A DNA stretch of 37,783 bases from a virus (IMGVR_UViG_3300002098_000079:1-37783); one strand, 5' to 3'; shown: positions 26,960-35,771, counted from the stretch's first letter. The notes: a model not told the origin generated them from the sequence alone. Numbers and translations are program-made.

Positions 26960-27012
26960 ATATAAACTTCATATAAATAACCTAAGTTTTATAAAGCCCA
27001 AAAGAGTGTTTA

Positions 27013-28044
27013 TTAAATCGAGTTATCGCCATCGTCGCGCAGTCCAGAGCCTTTGTTCTCAATATCCCGATATTTCTTATCGATCTTACTGATTGCATCG
27101 CCTGATGCATTTTTAGGCAAAGGTTTTTTGAGGTCTGTTTCGTCCTGTCTTTCCTTTGTCGTAATGCCTGCGGTTCGTGCTGATTCCATTGATTTAACTT
27201 TTTTTGAAGTTACAAGCTTCGCAAGTTTATCTTTATTTTTGAAGTAAATATAATCGAGCGGATAAGGATCAAGTACCTCTTTTCCTGACTTTGGATCGGT
27301 GTAGACTTTACCACCAGTACCTTTTGACTTCGCAAGAATTTCCAGTTGTTTCTTAAAGGCTATGCGTTCGTCCTTTGTAGCATGTGGAAAATCTTTTTTG
27401 AAGACATTCTCTTTGAAGTCTCCCCATTCATCCGGGAAAGAATCATCGATAGGTTTTGATTGTTTTTCTTGAGCAAGTTCCGTTTTCAAATCATCGATTT
27501 GTTTCTGGAGTTTTGACCCATTTTTATCTACAGCGAATTTCTTGAGAAATCCAACGATCTTGGCAAGTGATTCAGGATCTTCTACGCCAATCTCTTTTGT
27601 AAATTTAGCAAGTTCGTCATCGAAATCATCAGGCAGTTTTGTTTCCAAATCTGCGATTTTTTCTTGGAGTTGTTTGATCTCTCTTTTTTGACTTTTAACT
27701 TTTTCAAAAACTTTTGCTCTTTTAGGATTGACTTTGGATTTCTCATCTTCAAAGTCTTCATCATCCTCGTCTTTGTCCTCAGAATCATCCTCATCGGAAT
27801 CATCTTCGTCCTCGTCGTCGGAATCAGATTCGTCTTGCTCGTCGTCTTCATCGGAATCATCGTCCGAGTCTTCCTCTTTGTCGTCTTCGTCCTCATCATC
27901 TGAGTCCTCGTCGTCTTCGAGATTGCCTCGATCCAAATCTTCTTCATCATCCTCACCTAGAACTGAATCAAAGCCTAATTTCTTACGCTCATCACTCAGT
28001 TGGTTTCGAGCAATTTCGTTCACTTTTTCTTGTTTGCTTGGCAT
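27013..28044 (-). CDS. Capsid scaffolding protein
   Basis: Long D/E tract and coiled coil directly upstream of the major capsid gene; likely start MPSKQ. Confidence 0.75.
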   Translation of the reverse strand: MPSKQEKVNEIARNQLSDERKKLGFDSVLGEDDEEDLDRGNLEDDEDSDDEDEDDKEEDSDDDSDEDDEQDESDSDDEDEDDSDEDDSEDKDEDDEDFEDEKSKVNPKRAKVFEKVKSQKREIKQLQEKIADLETKLPDDFDDELAKFTKEIGVEDPESLAKIVGFLKKFAVDKNGSKLQKQIDDLKTELAQEKQSKPIDDSFPDEWGDFKENVFKKDFPHATKDERIAFKKQLEILAKSKGTGGKVYTDPKSGKEVLDPYPLDYIYFKNKDKLAKLVTSKKVKSMESARTAGITTKERQDETDLKKPLPKNASGDAISKIDKKYRDIENKGSGLRDDGDNSI

Positions 28045-28170
28045 AACATATCTACACTTTTTTACGAGTTGCTGTACCTCGGTCAGATTTATGGTTTCGA
28101 CTGACATCGAATATCGACGGCGACTACCATCGTTCCTGCCTCCAAGCCTATCTTGGAGACAGAGGCGATA

Positions 28171-28593
28171 CTATTCTACCTCTTTTGAGATGATGTGATG
28201 CTTGATGTCTCGGTTGTGAGCCATGTGTGCATCAACTTCTTCTTTATTCAAAAGGTCGGTAGGCTTTGTGTGTGTGTTCGCAAGTTCAAAACTGTTTGCG
28301 AGATCCATGAACTTCTTTCCATGAACTGCGCGACTGAATGTGCGGATAGAGTATTTTTCTTTTGCGTTAGGATTGCGGATCTTGAAATGAACAGCGTGGT
28401 ATTCACCAGATTCCTCTGTTGCTTCTTCATCATCAACAGATTCTTCTTCGTCTGCTGTGTCAGTATCAACTTCGTCACCAGCATCCGCTTCATCTTCTTT
28501 CAAGAGTTCAAGGAGATCTGATGCACTTGCCTTTGGATCATATTCAACTTCGCGTTCATCGAGCTTTGCCATGATTTCTTTCTTTGTTGCCAT
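28171..28593 (-). CDS. Protein with an N-terminal HeH/LEM-like motif and an acidic linker
   Basis: TKKEIMAKLDEREVEYDPKASASDLLELL. Confidence 0.65.
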   Translation of the reverse strand: MATKKEIMAKLDEREVEYDPKASASDLLELLKEDEADAGDEVDTDTADEEESVDDEEATEESGEYHAVHFKIRNPNAKEKYSIRTFSRAVHGKKFMDLANSFELANTHTKPTDLLNKEEVDAHMAHNRDIKHHIISKEVE

Positions 28594-28624
28594 ATAAATT
28601 TTATTGATTAGAAAACGTTATTAA

Positions 28625-28750
28625 TTATTTCTTCTTTGGAAGAACACGATCATACATTTTACCTTTTCGCTGAGCAGGAGACATTGCGCTCTTTTTAATT
28701 TTCGCAGCTCTGCCCTTTGGAATAGGTTTGCTTGTGATTGGCATTGGCAT
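28625..28750 (-). CDS. Small basic protein, 41 aa (MPMPITSKPIPKGR...GKMYDRVLPKKK)
   Basis: Translated by hand; fills the gap in the head operon. Confidence 0.6.
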   Translation of the reverse strand: MPMPITSKPIPKGRAAKIKKSAMSPAQRKGKMYDRVLPKKK

Positions 28751-28753
28751 ATT

Positions 28754-29029
28754 TTACTTCATGCGAGGGTACATTTTCGACTTTTTTTCTTTCTCTGGAG
28801 TAATAGAAACAATTCGGAAACGCGCGCGCATTTCTGGTTTCTTTTCTGATGATCCCTCCATAGGATATGAATCCCATTCTTGACCCTCAGATTGAAATGT
28901 CATTTTGATCTTAGCCTTGACCTCATACGTTTTACCAACAACCCAATTCTTTATAGCCGGAAGATCGCTTGCATCAACCGACACACTTGGTTTTGGTTTC
29001 TTGAATTTTACCGCTGTGTCTTCTTTCAT
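28754..29029 (-). CDS. Hypothetical protein, 91 aa, beta-rich and basic
   Basis: LPAIKNW.VGKTYEV; position in the head operon. Confidence 0.75.
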   Translation of the reverse strand: MKEDTAVKFKKPKPSVSVDASDLPAIKNWVVGKTYEVKAKIKMTFQSEGQEWDSYPMEGSSEKKPEMRARFRIVSITPEKEKKSKMYPRMK

Positions 29030-29032
29030 AAA

Positions 29033-29170
29033 TTATGACTTCTTATGCTTAGTAGGTGTCATGCTTGGATTGTTGCGACGTGACTGAGCATCATTTTGAG
29101 CAACACTGTTGTTTGCACCATTCTTTGAACTACCTGCGTTCGCAGCGGATTTAGTTGATGTTTTTTTCAT
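29033..29170 (-). CDS. Small disordered basic protein, 45 aa (MKKTSTKSAANAG...)
   Basis: Translated by hand; TATAAT 8 nt upstream. Confidence 0.6.
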   Translation of the reverse strand: MKKTSTKSAANAGSSKNGANNSVAQNDAQSRRNNPSMTPTKHKKS

Positions 29171-29219
29171 ATAGATTTATTATACAATGATTTTTATAAA
29201 AAGTAACAATGCTTGTGGA

Positions 29220-29600
29220 TTAAATCAGTTTTGATCCTACCGATCCGACTCGATCCATAATCATTTTATCGACCATTCCGTCCAATTGCTCGGGTGATTC
29301 TCCGACAATATCCAATGTGTACCTTGCCCAATCCATTGTAGCAAAACATTGAGCTCGCTCCACATCAGTCATTGTAAGATTTTCTTCTGGATTGGTAAGT
29401 CTTTGTATGCAAACATTGAATCTTGTCATTGCAGCCTTGATAAGCTGTTTGGTTTTATCGAGCTGTCTGTATTGCGCAAGTTCAGCGTGTCTTTCGTCTT
29501 CATTTTGAATGTTAGCGAGTGCCATGAGACCCTCATTGTCTCCGTAGAGCTCGTACGTTTTCTTCAATCGATTTAAATATATAGCTGATTCGTGTTTCAT
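29220..29600 (-). CDS. Hypothetical helical protein after the portal
   Basis: Coupled to the portal stop. Confidence 0.7.
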   Translation of the reverse strand: MKHESAIYLNRLKKTYELYGDNEGLMALANIQNEDERHAELAQYRQLDKTKQLIKAAMTRFNVCIQRLTNPEENLTMTDVERAQCFATMDWARYTLDIVGESPEQLDGMVDKMIMDRVGSVGSKLI

Positions 29601-29602
29601 GT

Positions 29603-31621
29603 TTATTCTTGAGCTCCAACTCGTTTAGCAATAGCTGGTAATGAGATACTAGGTTTTGGTTTCTGCGACATTCCCGGCTTCTGTTCTCCCTCTTGCTGTG
29701 GCTGAGGCGGTTGCTGTTTCGCAAGCTGTTCCATGTTTGTCTGAACAATCGGAGTCATCACCTGCAAGTAGTGAGCGAACATATTGAGCTTATTCGTAAC
29801 CTCGCTCTTATGATCGATCATCCAGTTTTTGTAGTATGTCAAAAATGAAATATCAGCTCCGTAATAAATATCAATGTTCGGAACTTTCTTCCCGAGAAGA
29901 ATATCTTGGATCAAACGAGAAGCATGCGCGATCTGTTTCTTTGAAATCTCTCCTTTGGTATCGAGCAAGAAAGCAATCTCCTGTTCATCGAATCCTCCGA
30001 TGTTTCGGTAAATAGTTTCTTTCTCATATTTCGTAAGGTTTGGATTTTCAGTAACCATTTGAATCGCTTGCACTTGGCTTTGCTTTTTAGTCTGGTCCTG
30101 CTGTTCCTGTTCAGATTTCGAAGTGATCGAAATTCCAATCTGTCCGGCATTTACCAAATCGATACGCTTGAGCTCAGTTTCTTCAATGAAACCATTCTCA
30201 CCGATTACCTGGACTGATACTGATGCTGGCATGAACTCTCTCATACCCTCCAAAAATGTAAGACCAAGCTGAGAATAGTATTCCTGCATCGGATCTGTTT
30301 TCAATCCAACGCGCTTTGATTGTTTCTGTTGCTGAGCGAGCATGATCTGAATATTCTTTTTTCCTCCTGTGTTTACAGCTGGAAGTTCATCTGCGCCTGT
30401 CTTGCTTCCTGTGTAGCTTGAAAGGAAGTTTACGAGATCGACAGTACCGCTCAATTGCGCTGTCTTGAATTCGTACATAGATTCTCCGATCTTCTTTACT
30501 CCGCCCATAGAGTCGAACGGAACAAGAACATCAGGGCGTTGTTGCGCGGCATCGAGCTTTGGAACATCGGTGAACGCATCCTTATCGAAAGCTTGAGAGT
30601 GATAGTTTTGTTTCTCGCGGTTTGTGAGCTCTTGGTTTACGAGAGTAATGATCGCATCAGCGACAGTGTATAGATCATCTGCTGAACCTTTGCTCCAAAA
30701 GTTTTTATCATCTTCGTGAGTAGCACCGGATTTGTATGGATAACGTCCAGATGGGAATGAATCTTTCCAAGGTTCTACATATAGCCAAATACCGGAACAT
30801 ATTTCAAACACAACGTTATAGCGAACTCCGTTATATGTGATGACGAAATCACCAAGGTTGTATGTAGGCTCTCCGGTAAAACTATTTGTCAGCACATTGA
30901 GTCCGAGAGCTTTCCATCGAGCAAATTGAGTTCCATATACAGTTTCAAGATTCTCGAAATAACGATCTGACCATTCGAAGTTCTCAAGTTTTTTGACTTG
31001 TTTCTTGTCATACTTTGGATTGCTCTTAAGCTCAAAAAGAGTCCTAAAATTAGACTCAGTTCCACAGAACAAATGATTCTCAAGAATAGCACCGCCGAGA
31101 GGCTGACAGTGGAAGTCCGAATAGTTTACAGTTTCGAGAACATTTTTATATTCCGGATCATTGTATGCATATTCTTTTGTGATACCTCGACCGGACATGA
31201 CCATGTTGAATCGATCCATGCGGAGTTTCATATTCCACAATGCATTTGGTTCGAGAGAGTCTCGCTCTGCTTCCCAGTGAGCTTGGATCTTCGGAACGAT
31301 GAGATACTGCGCAGGATTCTTTGCAGTAAATTTCAAATGAACTTGGTCGTTATACATCGATAGCAATGCATCGATCAATCCAGAGAAGACAGGAAGAACC
31401 ATATTGAAAAGCTGACGGAACTTTGGAAGCACATCATTGTTGTATAAACGTTCAAAAGCAGCAATCGTGAGCATACGAGGCTGCTTATAAATCTGAGACA
31501 TAACCAAAAGCTGTTGAGCAACACTACCAATAACATCCTTAAGATCTCTACCACTTAAATCTTTCTGATTGAGCAAAGTATGTATTCGCTCTTTCATTTC
31601 TTCTGGTGTTTCGTTTGCCAT
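29603..31621 (-). CDS. Portal protein (P22-like)
   Basis: About 670 aa, directly after TerL; GRGITK, FWSKG.AD.L...Q...N; Q/P-rich tail. Confidence 0.85.
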   Translation of the reverse strand: MANETPEEMKERIHTLLNQKDLSGRDLKDVIGSVAQQLLVMSQIYKQPRMLTIAAFERLYNNDVLPKFRQLFNMVLPVFSGLIDALLSMYNDQVHLKFTAKNPAQYLIVPKIQAHWEAERDSLEPNALWNMKLRMDRFNMVMSGRGITKEYAYNDPEYKNVLETVNYSDFHCQPLGGAILENHLFCGTESNFRTLFELKSNPKYDKKQVKKLENFEWSDRYFENLETVYGTQFARWKALGLNVLTNSFTGEPTYNLGDFVITYNGVRYNVVFEICSGIWLYVEPWKDSFPSGRYPYKSGATHEDDKNFWSKGSADDLYTVADAIITLVNQELTNREKQNYHSQAFDKDAFTDVPKLDAAQQRPDVLVPFDSMGGVKKIGESMYEFKTAQLSGTVDLVNFLSSYTGSKTGADELPAVNTGGKKNIQIMLAQQQKQSKRVGLKTDPMQEYYSQLGLTFLEGMREFMPASVSVQVIGENGFIEETELKRIDLVNAGQIGISITSKSEQEQQDQTKKQSQVQAIQMVTENPNLTKYEKETIYRNIGGFDEQEIAFLLDTKGEISKKQIAHASRLIQDILLGKKVPNIDIYYGADISFLTYYKNWMIDHKSEVTNKLNMFAHYLQVMTPIVQTNMEQLAKQQPPQPQQEGEQKPGMSQKPKPSISLPAIAKRVGAQE

Positions 31622-31659
31622 ATATTTATTATTATACAACTAATAATCTAAAGAACAAA

Positions 31660-33057
31660 CTAACCGAGTCCTGGTCTTTGCCATGGCTTGTCAGTCTCAT
31701 AACTATCCTGTTTTTTTTCTTTGTGAACTTCGAGCAATCGATTCATTCTCTCTTTTCTATCAGTGACATTGACGAGTGACAACGTTGGTACTGGCTCGCT
31801 CGATGCATTTTGTATCTGTCCTGATCCGAGTCCGGGAGTTTCATAGCGACCTTTCGGCAATTCTTTCACATCATCATCAGGATCTCTCTTTGGATTGAGG
31901 TCTGCAATCGCATATCTGATCGCATCCATTGCGTGGTTCAGAATATCTTCTGGTTCATTGAGAATCTTTCCAGTCTTCTGATCTGTTTTGTAGTGATAAC
32001 TCTTATATTCTTTGATGATGTTCAATGATCGTTTTGTAACATAGATCTTTTTGCTCTGCACAGTGTCGATACCGTGCGTGATAGATCCTTTTCCCTTTTT
32101 GCTTCCGATGATGTGAACTCCATATTGCGCGATCTCTGAAATACTCTTTGGCTCTGAACTATCGGCAACAGTGAGTACAGTCTTCTTTCCGATCTTCTTT
32201 GCGAGATCATCGTTGTGCAATCCTTTTTCATATACCTGTTCATCCAGCAAATAACCATGTTCATATTCATACACATCAACGAGTGCAGCTTCATCGTGAG
32301 AAAAACCAAAGTCCAAACCTTTTCGGCGCAATCGAGCCTCTGCAGGAATTTCATCAACGATAATCCATCCGGTATAAATTCTACTTTCAGTCTCTCCATC
32401 CTGTCCGAGACCGTACACTTTCCACCAGTTGGTATTGTGTTTGTGAGATTCAATTTCTTTTACTGTGATCTCATCAAGTGCCTCATTATCTTTGTAGGTG
32501 AGTGTCAGGTAATCAATCTCGTCTGCTCTATGAGCCAACAGTTCAGTATGAAACCAGAATTCTTCAACAGGATTCCAGTCCAACCAAACAATTCCATTTG
32601 TACGCATGATGAGCTGATCCACAATGTTCCAAGGAAGTGTATTCGCCTCGTTCAAATAAAGATTCTTACGTCGAGGTCCATGCGCTTTTCCATAAGTATC
32701 AAAAGATCCGAATTCTAAAATGTTTCCGGTCTCAAAAGTATAAAAGTGTTTTGTTTCATTCCATCTCTCTTTTTTCCAATATCCTCGATCTTTCATTATG
32801 TTCTTGAAATCACGAATTACACCGAGGTCCAAGTGAGGGAATGATTGCGATCCGATTGTAGAAATTTCTGGCTTTCTTCGCGGAGTTTGACAATAGTCGA
32901 TATGCCAAATAATAATTGAAATTGTTTTTGATGCAGATGTTCCACCTTTGACTGCGCGTATTCTTTTGCGAAGATCAAAAACCTTTTTCGTTGCAGTTGT
33001 ATCTACATACGAAAATTCTACTACTTCTGGTTCATCATTATTTTGATTTTCCTCCAT
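31660..33057 (-). CDS. terL: Terminase large subunit, PBSX/XtmB family
   Basis: GGTSASKT (Walker A), LNEAN (Walker B), DWNP, GLDFGF, ADS.EP, NHAMDAIRY. Confidence 0.95.
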   Translation of the reverse strand: MEENQNNDEPEVVEFSYVDTTATKKVFDLRKRIRAVKGGTSASKTISIIIWHIDYCQTPRRKPEISTIGSQSFPHLDLGVIRDFKNIMKDRGYWKKERWNETKHFYTFETGNILEFGSFDTYGKAHGPRRKNLYLNEANTLPWNIVDQLIMRTNGIVWLDWNPVEEFWFHTELLAHRADEIDYLTLTYKDNEALDEITVKEIESHKHNTNWWKVYGLGQDGETESRIYTGWIIVDEIPAEARLRRKGLDFGFSHDEAALVDVYEYEHGYLLDEQVYEKGLHNDDLAKKIGKKTVLTVADSSEPKSISEIAQYGVHIIGSKKGKGSITHGIDTVQSKKIYVTKRSLNIIKEYKSYHYKTDQKTGKILNEPEDILNHAMDAIRYAIADLNPKRDPDDDVKELPKGRYETPGLGSGQIQNASSEPVPTLSLVNVTDRKERMNRLLEVHKEKKQDSYETDKPWQRPGLG

Positions 33058-33517
33058 AAATCGGTGTTGGAAGATCTTTACCATCCGCTCCTGTTAATTC
33101 AGTTCGAGTAGAATATCCCTCAGTCTTTCCGAGACGAGAAGTAACGAACGTCGCAGCAGATTGTCGAATACGTCGAAGATCAGGATCAATCTTGGTCATT
33201 CCCTTTCCTGTTTTCTTATCAACAATCGGACCGAACATTCCAACGACTGGAACTATAGTATCCATTTCTAAGTCTTCATCAAGTACTTTCTCAGACTTAG
33301 CTAAAAGGTTCATTCTTCTTATTTTTACTTGCCACCATGTCTCATGCGTTATTCTCGTTGCTGTTGATTCTGCATACTTAGCTTTCAATGCTGATCTGTA
33401 TGCGTTACCGTATGTTTCGCTCTTTGGGTTTATGTAATACTCCCAACAACTTAAAGCTCTTGGGTCTAAGAGGAATTGATTAGATGGATTAGGTTTTGGA
33501 GTTGGTTTCTTTTTCAT
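33038..33517 (-). CDS. terS: Terminase small subunit
   Basis: GNAYRSALKAKYAESTA HTH-like motif; ELTGADGKDL C-terminus; overlaps TerL. Confidence 0.85.
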   Translation of the reverse strand: MKKKPTPKPNPSNQFLLDPRALSCWEYYINPKSETYGNAYRSALKAKYAESTATRITHETWWQVKIRRMNLLAKSEKVLDEDLEMDTIVPVVGMFGPIVDKKTGKGMTKIDPDLRRIRQSAATFVTSRLGKTEGYSTRTELTGADGKDLPTPIYGGKSK

Positions 33518-33683
33518 AAGGATTTATAAATTTTGCTACACCATAACCTGTTTTATATCCGTAGATTGTAAAATCTTTGAGTTTCTTTGTACTCCTAGGA
33601 GAAACGAACGTGATCGGGTTCTTATCAATCACAATTTCAATCTCACCATTTTCAGAGAATAATTTATTTATTATTTTTTTCAT
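33489..33683 (-). CDS. Hypothetical protein, 64 aa
   Basis: ATGA coupling. Confidence 0.55.
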   Translation of the reverse strand: MKKIINKLFSENGEIEIVIDKNPITFVSPRSTKKLKDFTIYGYKTGYGVAKFINPYEKETNSKT

Positions 33684-33895
33684 ATAATGTTTTCAATCTT
33701 TCTTATTCTACTAAATTTGAAATGGTTGGGGCAATCGAAGTGAAAGCGCATTTTGTCTGATCTAGTTTTTACTTCTGTTACGTTCAGGACTCGGCATTTC
33801 TTTTTGCAGCGTTCGTAGGGGTAGAATATTTCACGCTTTGGGCATTGGATCTTGAGTTTCCGGATTGCGTTTTTGATTATTGTTGCTTCTGACAT
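33680..33895 (-). CDS. Cys-containing basic hypothetical protein
   Basis: CP...CxxxC...CPNH. Confidence 0.6.
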   Translation of the reverse strand: MSEATIIKNAIRKLKIQCPKREIFYPYERCKKKCRVLNVTEVKTRSDKMRFHFDCPNHFKFSRIRKIENII

Positions 33896-33905
33896 AGACA
33901 TATTA

Positions 33906-34151
33906 CTAAACTAAACGCCATTTTCGACTAAACCAAGAGAAAGAAATTCTCGCAAACCAGAGTTCAATAAATATTTCATTACGGTATCGGAAATAATGTG
34001 TCGTTTGTACTACTGGAGAGCCTTTTTCAATTTCTTTAGTTTCTACCTTGAATTGAGCCTTTATTCGATTGAATAAAATTATAGCATCGTATGCATAACC
34101 ATAATCAGTAACTTTTGCGTATAGTTTCCTTATTCTGATACTTGTTTTCAT
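33906..34151 (-). CDS. Hypothetical protein, 81 aa
   Basis: Packed within the operon. Confidence 0.6.
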   Translation of the reverse strand: MKTSIRIRKLYAKVTDYGYAYDAIILFNRIKAQFKVETKEIEKGSPVVQTTHYFRYRNEIFIELWFARISFSWFSRKWRLV

Positions 34152-34154
34152 AAA

Positions 34155-34580
34155 CTACTTCAAGAGCGCCAAAGCATTTTTATAAATGATAATCTTTCCA
34201 TACACCGATGATGAGAGTTGCTCTGCCAAAACTTCAATGAGATGGCGGCGCATTTCTCGGGTTGTGTATTTTACGTTCTTTGGATCTTTGAGCCATCCGA
34301 CTTGTGCGCGGTATGCTTCGAGTTCTTGGTCCAAGCGGAATTCTGCGTTGTGAATGTATTTTGCATACCATTCTTCCGGGGAAGTGAGAGCTTGCTGTCT
34401 GACATGCACCTTTTCGTGTTCTACGAGATCAGGGCGAGTTACCGGACGAGAGCAGTACATTGTGTCTCCGTATGTGATACAGATTCCGTCTTTCCATTGC
34501 ACACCGAAATACTTGTTCAATGCTTCATAGATCGGAGGGATCGAGTCGGAGTATTTGATTTCAATTTCTTCGTTATTCAT
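34155..34580 (-). CDS. Minimal zincin metallopeptidase (DUF4157-like)
   Basis: ITYG.T.Y...HEKVHVRQQ...ELEAY. Confidence 0.75.
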   Translation of the reverse strand: MNNEEIEIKYSDSIPPIYEALNKYFGVQWKDGICITYGDTMYCSRPVTRPDLVEHEKVHVRQQALTSPEEWYAKYIHNAEFRLDQELEAYRAQVGWLKDPKNVKYTTREMRRHLIEVLAEQLSSSVYGKIIIYKNALALLK

Positions 34581-34743
34581 GTGAGTTCATTATTTTTCTA
34601 TAATCTTCTTCTAAAATTTCAAAACCGCAAGAATGTCTGAGTACATAGGGATGATGTTCGTTAGAATGAATTTGCATATTTTTTATGAAATCATTTCCAC
34701 AGTTCGGACATTTATTATTTTGTAAGTATTCTTGCATATCCAT
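34573..34743 (-). CDS. Zn-ribbon microprotein, 56 aa (CPNCG...HSCGF)
   Basis: Start at 34743 preferred because the longer ORF runs through structured RNAs. Confidence 0.6.
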   Translation of the reverse strand: MDMQEYLQNNKCPNCGNDFIKNMQIHSNEHHPYVLRHSCGFEILEEDYRKIMNSHE

Positions 34744-34747
34744 AGGG

Positions 34748-34868
34748 TGAGGGTAGTGAGAATCGAACTCAACACTTTTGTGAACGCGCCACTCTTGTAT
34801 TGTTTTCGAGGCAACCAAGACTGGTAGTAGTTTGCGTAAGTCATACCCATTAGACTTAATATACCCTC
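34748..34868 (-). ncRNA. tRNA-like RNA #2 with an enlarged anticodon region
   Basis: Acceptor GAGGGTA/TACCCTC; D-arm TAAGTC-TAATGGGTAT-GACTTA; T-arm TGAG-TTCGATT-CTCA; central long hairpin. Confidence 0.65.
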
Positions 34869-34885
34869 GAGAATAGGTCGATATG

Positions 34886-34993
34886 TGGTGTGCGTGGCAA
34901 GGTTTGACTTGCAGTTGTGCCTTATATAGCCCCGTCTCGGCACACAACCTAAGACCGCGCTATTTTCAGTGGTTCACTGTCCACCACACGCAC
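34886..34993 (-). ncRNA. tRNA-like RNA #1 ending in ACCA
   Basis: Acceptor GTGCGTG/CACGCAC-ACCA; D-stem GTGG/CCAC; T-arm GCAAG-TCAAAC-CTTGC; long central arm. Confidence 0.6.
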
Positions 34994-35004
34994 CATATAC
35001 CGAC

Positions 35005-35085
35005 CTATTTATTTCTCAAAAAACTATTTCTGTTTCTTTTTTGGAGCAGCTTGAGTTTCTGGCTCAACCTTTTTTGCTTACTCAT
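35005..35085 (-). CDS. Possible basic peptide, 26 aa
   Basis: ATG overlaps the upstream gene end; short. Confidence 0.3.
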   Translation of the reverse strand: MSKQKRLSQKLKLLQKRNRNSFLRNK

Positions 35086-35506
35086 TCACTTCTTTTTCCA
35101 TCAAATCGATTTTTGGAATTTCAGTTTCAACACCAAAAGATGTGAGAAGATCAGAACAAGAATCAACCTTTCGAACTTCTGATTCGAGCATTTTCATGTG
35201 GTTGTAAGCAACTTGACCAATTTCCAACCATCGTGGAGATCCGTTATCGTATGAATCGCGGAATTTGATAGCTTCTCGAACTTGAATTTCGTATGTCAAA
35301 GCCAATTGAAGATGCTTTTTGAGCTCATCTTTGATTGCGACAATTTTTGCACCTACAGCGTTTCGACTTTCTTCGTAGAAAACAATGATGTTTCCATTTG
35401 TGTTTTCTGTCTTAATACTTGTAGCCATTCCCTTTGCGGAATTTTCTTGAACAAATTTGTTGAATTCATCAACTTGTGCGAACGTAAACACCTTACATTG
35501 AGTCAT
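35078..35506 (-). CDS. Hypothetical protein, 142 aa
   Basis: ORF with TATAAT at about 35545 upstream. Confidence 0.75.
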   Translation of the reverse strand: MTQCKVFTFAQVDEFNKFVQENSAKGMATSIKTENTNGNIIVFYEESRNAVGAKIVAIKDELKKHLQLALTYEIQVREAIKFRDSYDNGSPRWLEIGQVAYNHMKMLESEVRKVDSCSDLLTSFGVETEIPKIDLMEKEVNE

Positions 35507-35567
35507 AATTTATCTATAAAACCCTAACTAATAATATATACATTATACACCAAAATAAATGTCAATA

Positions 35568-35771
35568 CTACCTAAATTTGATCGTTTTCATTTTCTTTAC
35601 ATGTCTGAGTTTTCCGAATTCGAGTTCCTCTTTTTTGAATTTCAATAGTCTTCCGTTATCTGAGAATTGCTTATTCTTCCTGCCCTTTTTTGATCGATGA
35701 TCTCGGTGGGCATAACCGGTTTCGCCAGATTTTAATTTTTTGCTAAATAGTGTTTTGATCTGGCGCGCCAT
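35568..35771 (-). CDS. Very basic hypothetical protein, probably leaderless
   Basis: TGgTATAAT-6nt-ATG. Confidence 0.65.
   Translation of the reverse strand: MARQIKTLFSKKLKSGETGYAHRDHRSKKGRKNKQFSDNGRLLKFKKEELEFGKLRHVKKMKTIKFR

Noticed and set aside
27582-28198. Ser-rich plus-strand ORF 27728..28198 and Met/Thr-rich ORF 27582..27956
   Set aside because: Shadow frames of the GAY/GAR acidic tract in the scaffold gene
34744-34947. N-terminal extension of ORF 34573..34947 and ORF 34683..34943
   Set aside because: They run through the tRNA-like elements and the extension has a non-ATG start; the ATG at 34743 gives a compact Zn ribbon
34886-34993. tmRNA or a canonical tRNA gene
   Set aside because: No G3-U70 alanine identity pair, no tag reading frame and no 7-nt anticodon loop at the canonical position, so no amino acid was assigned
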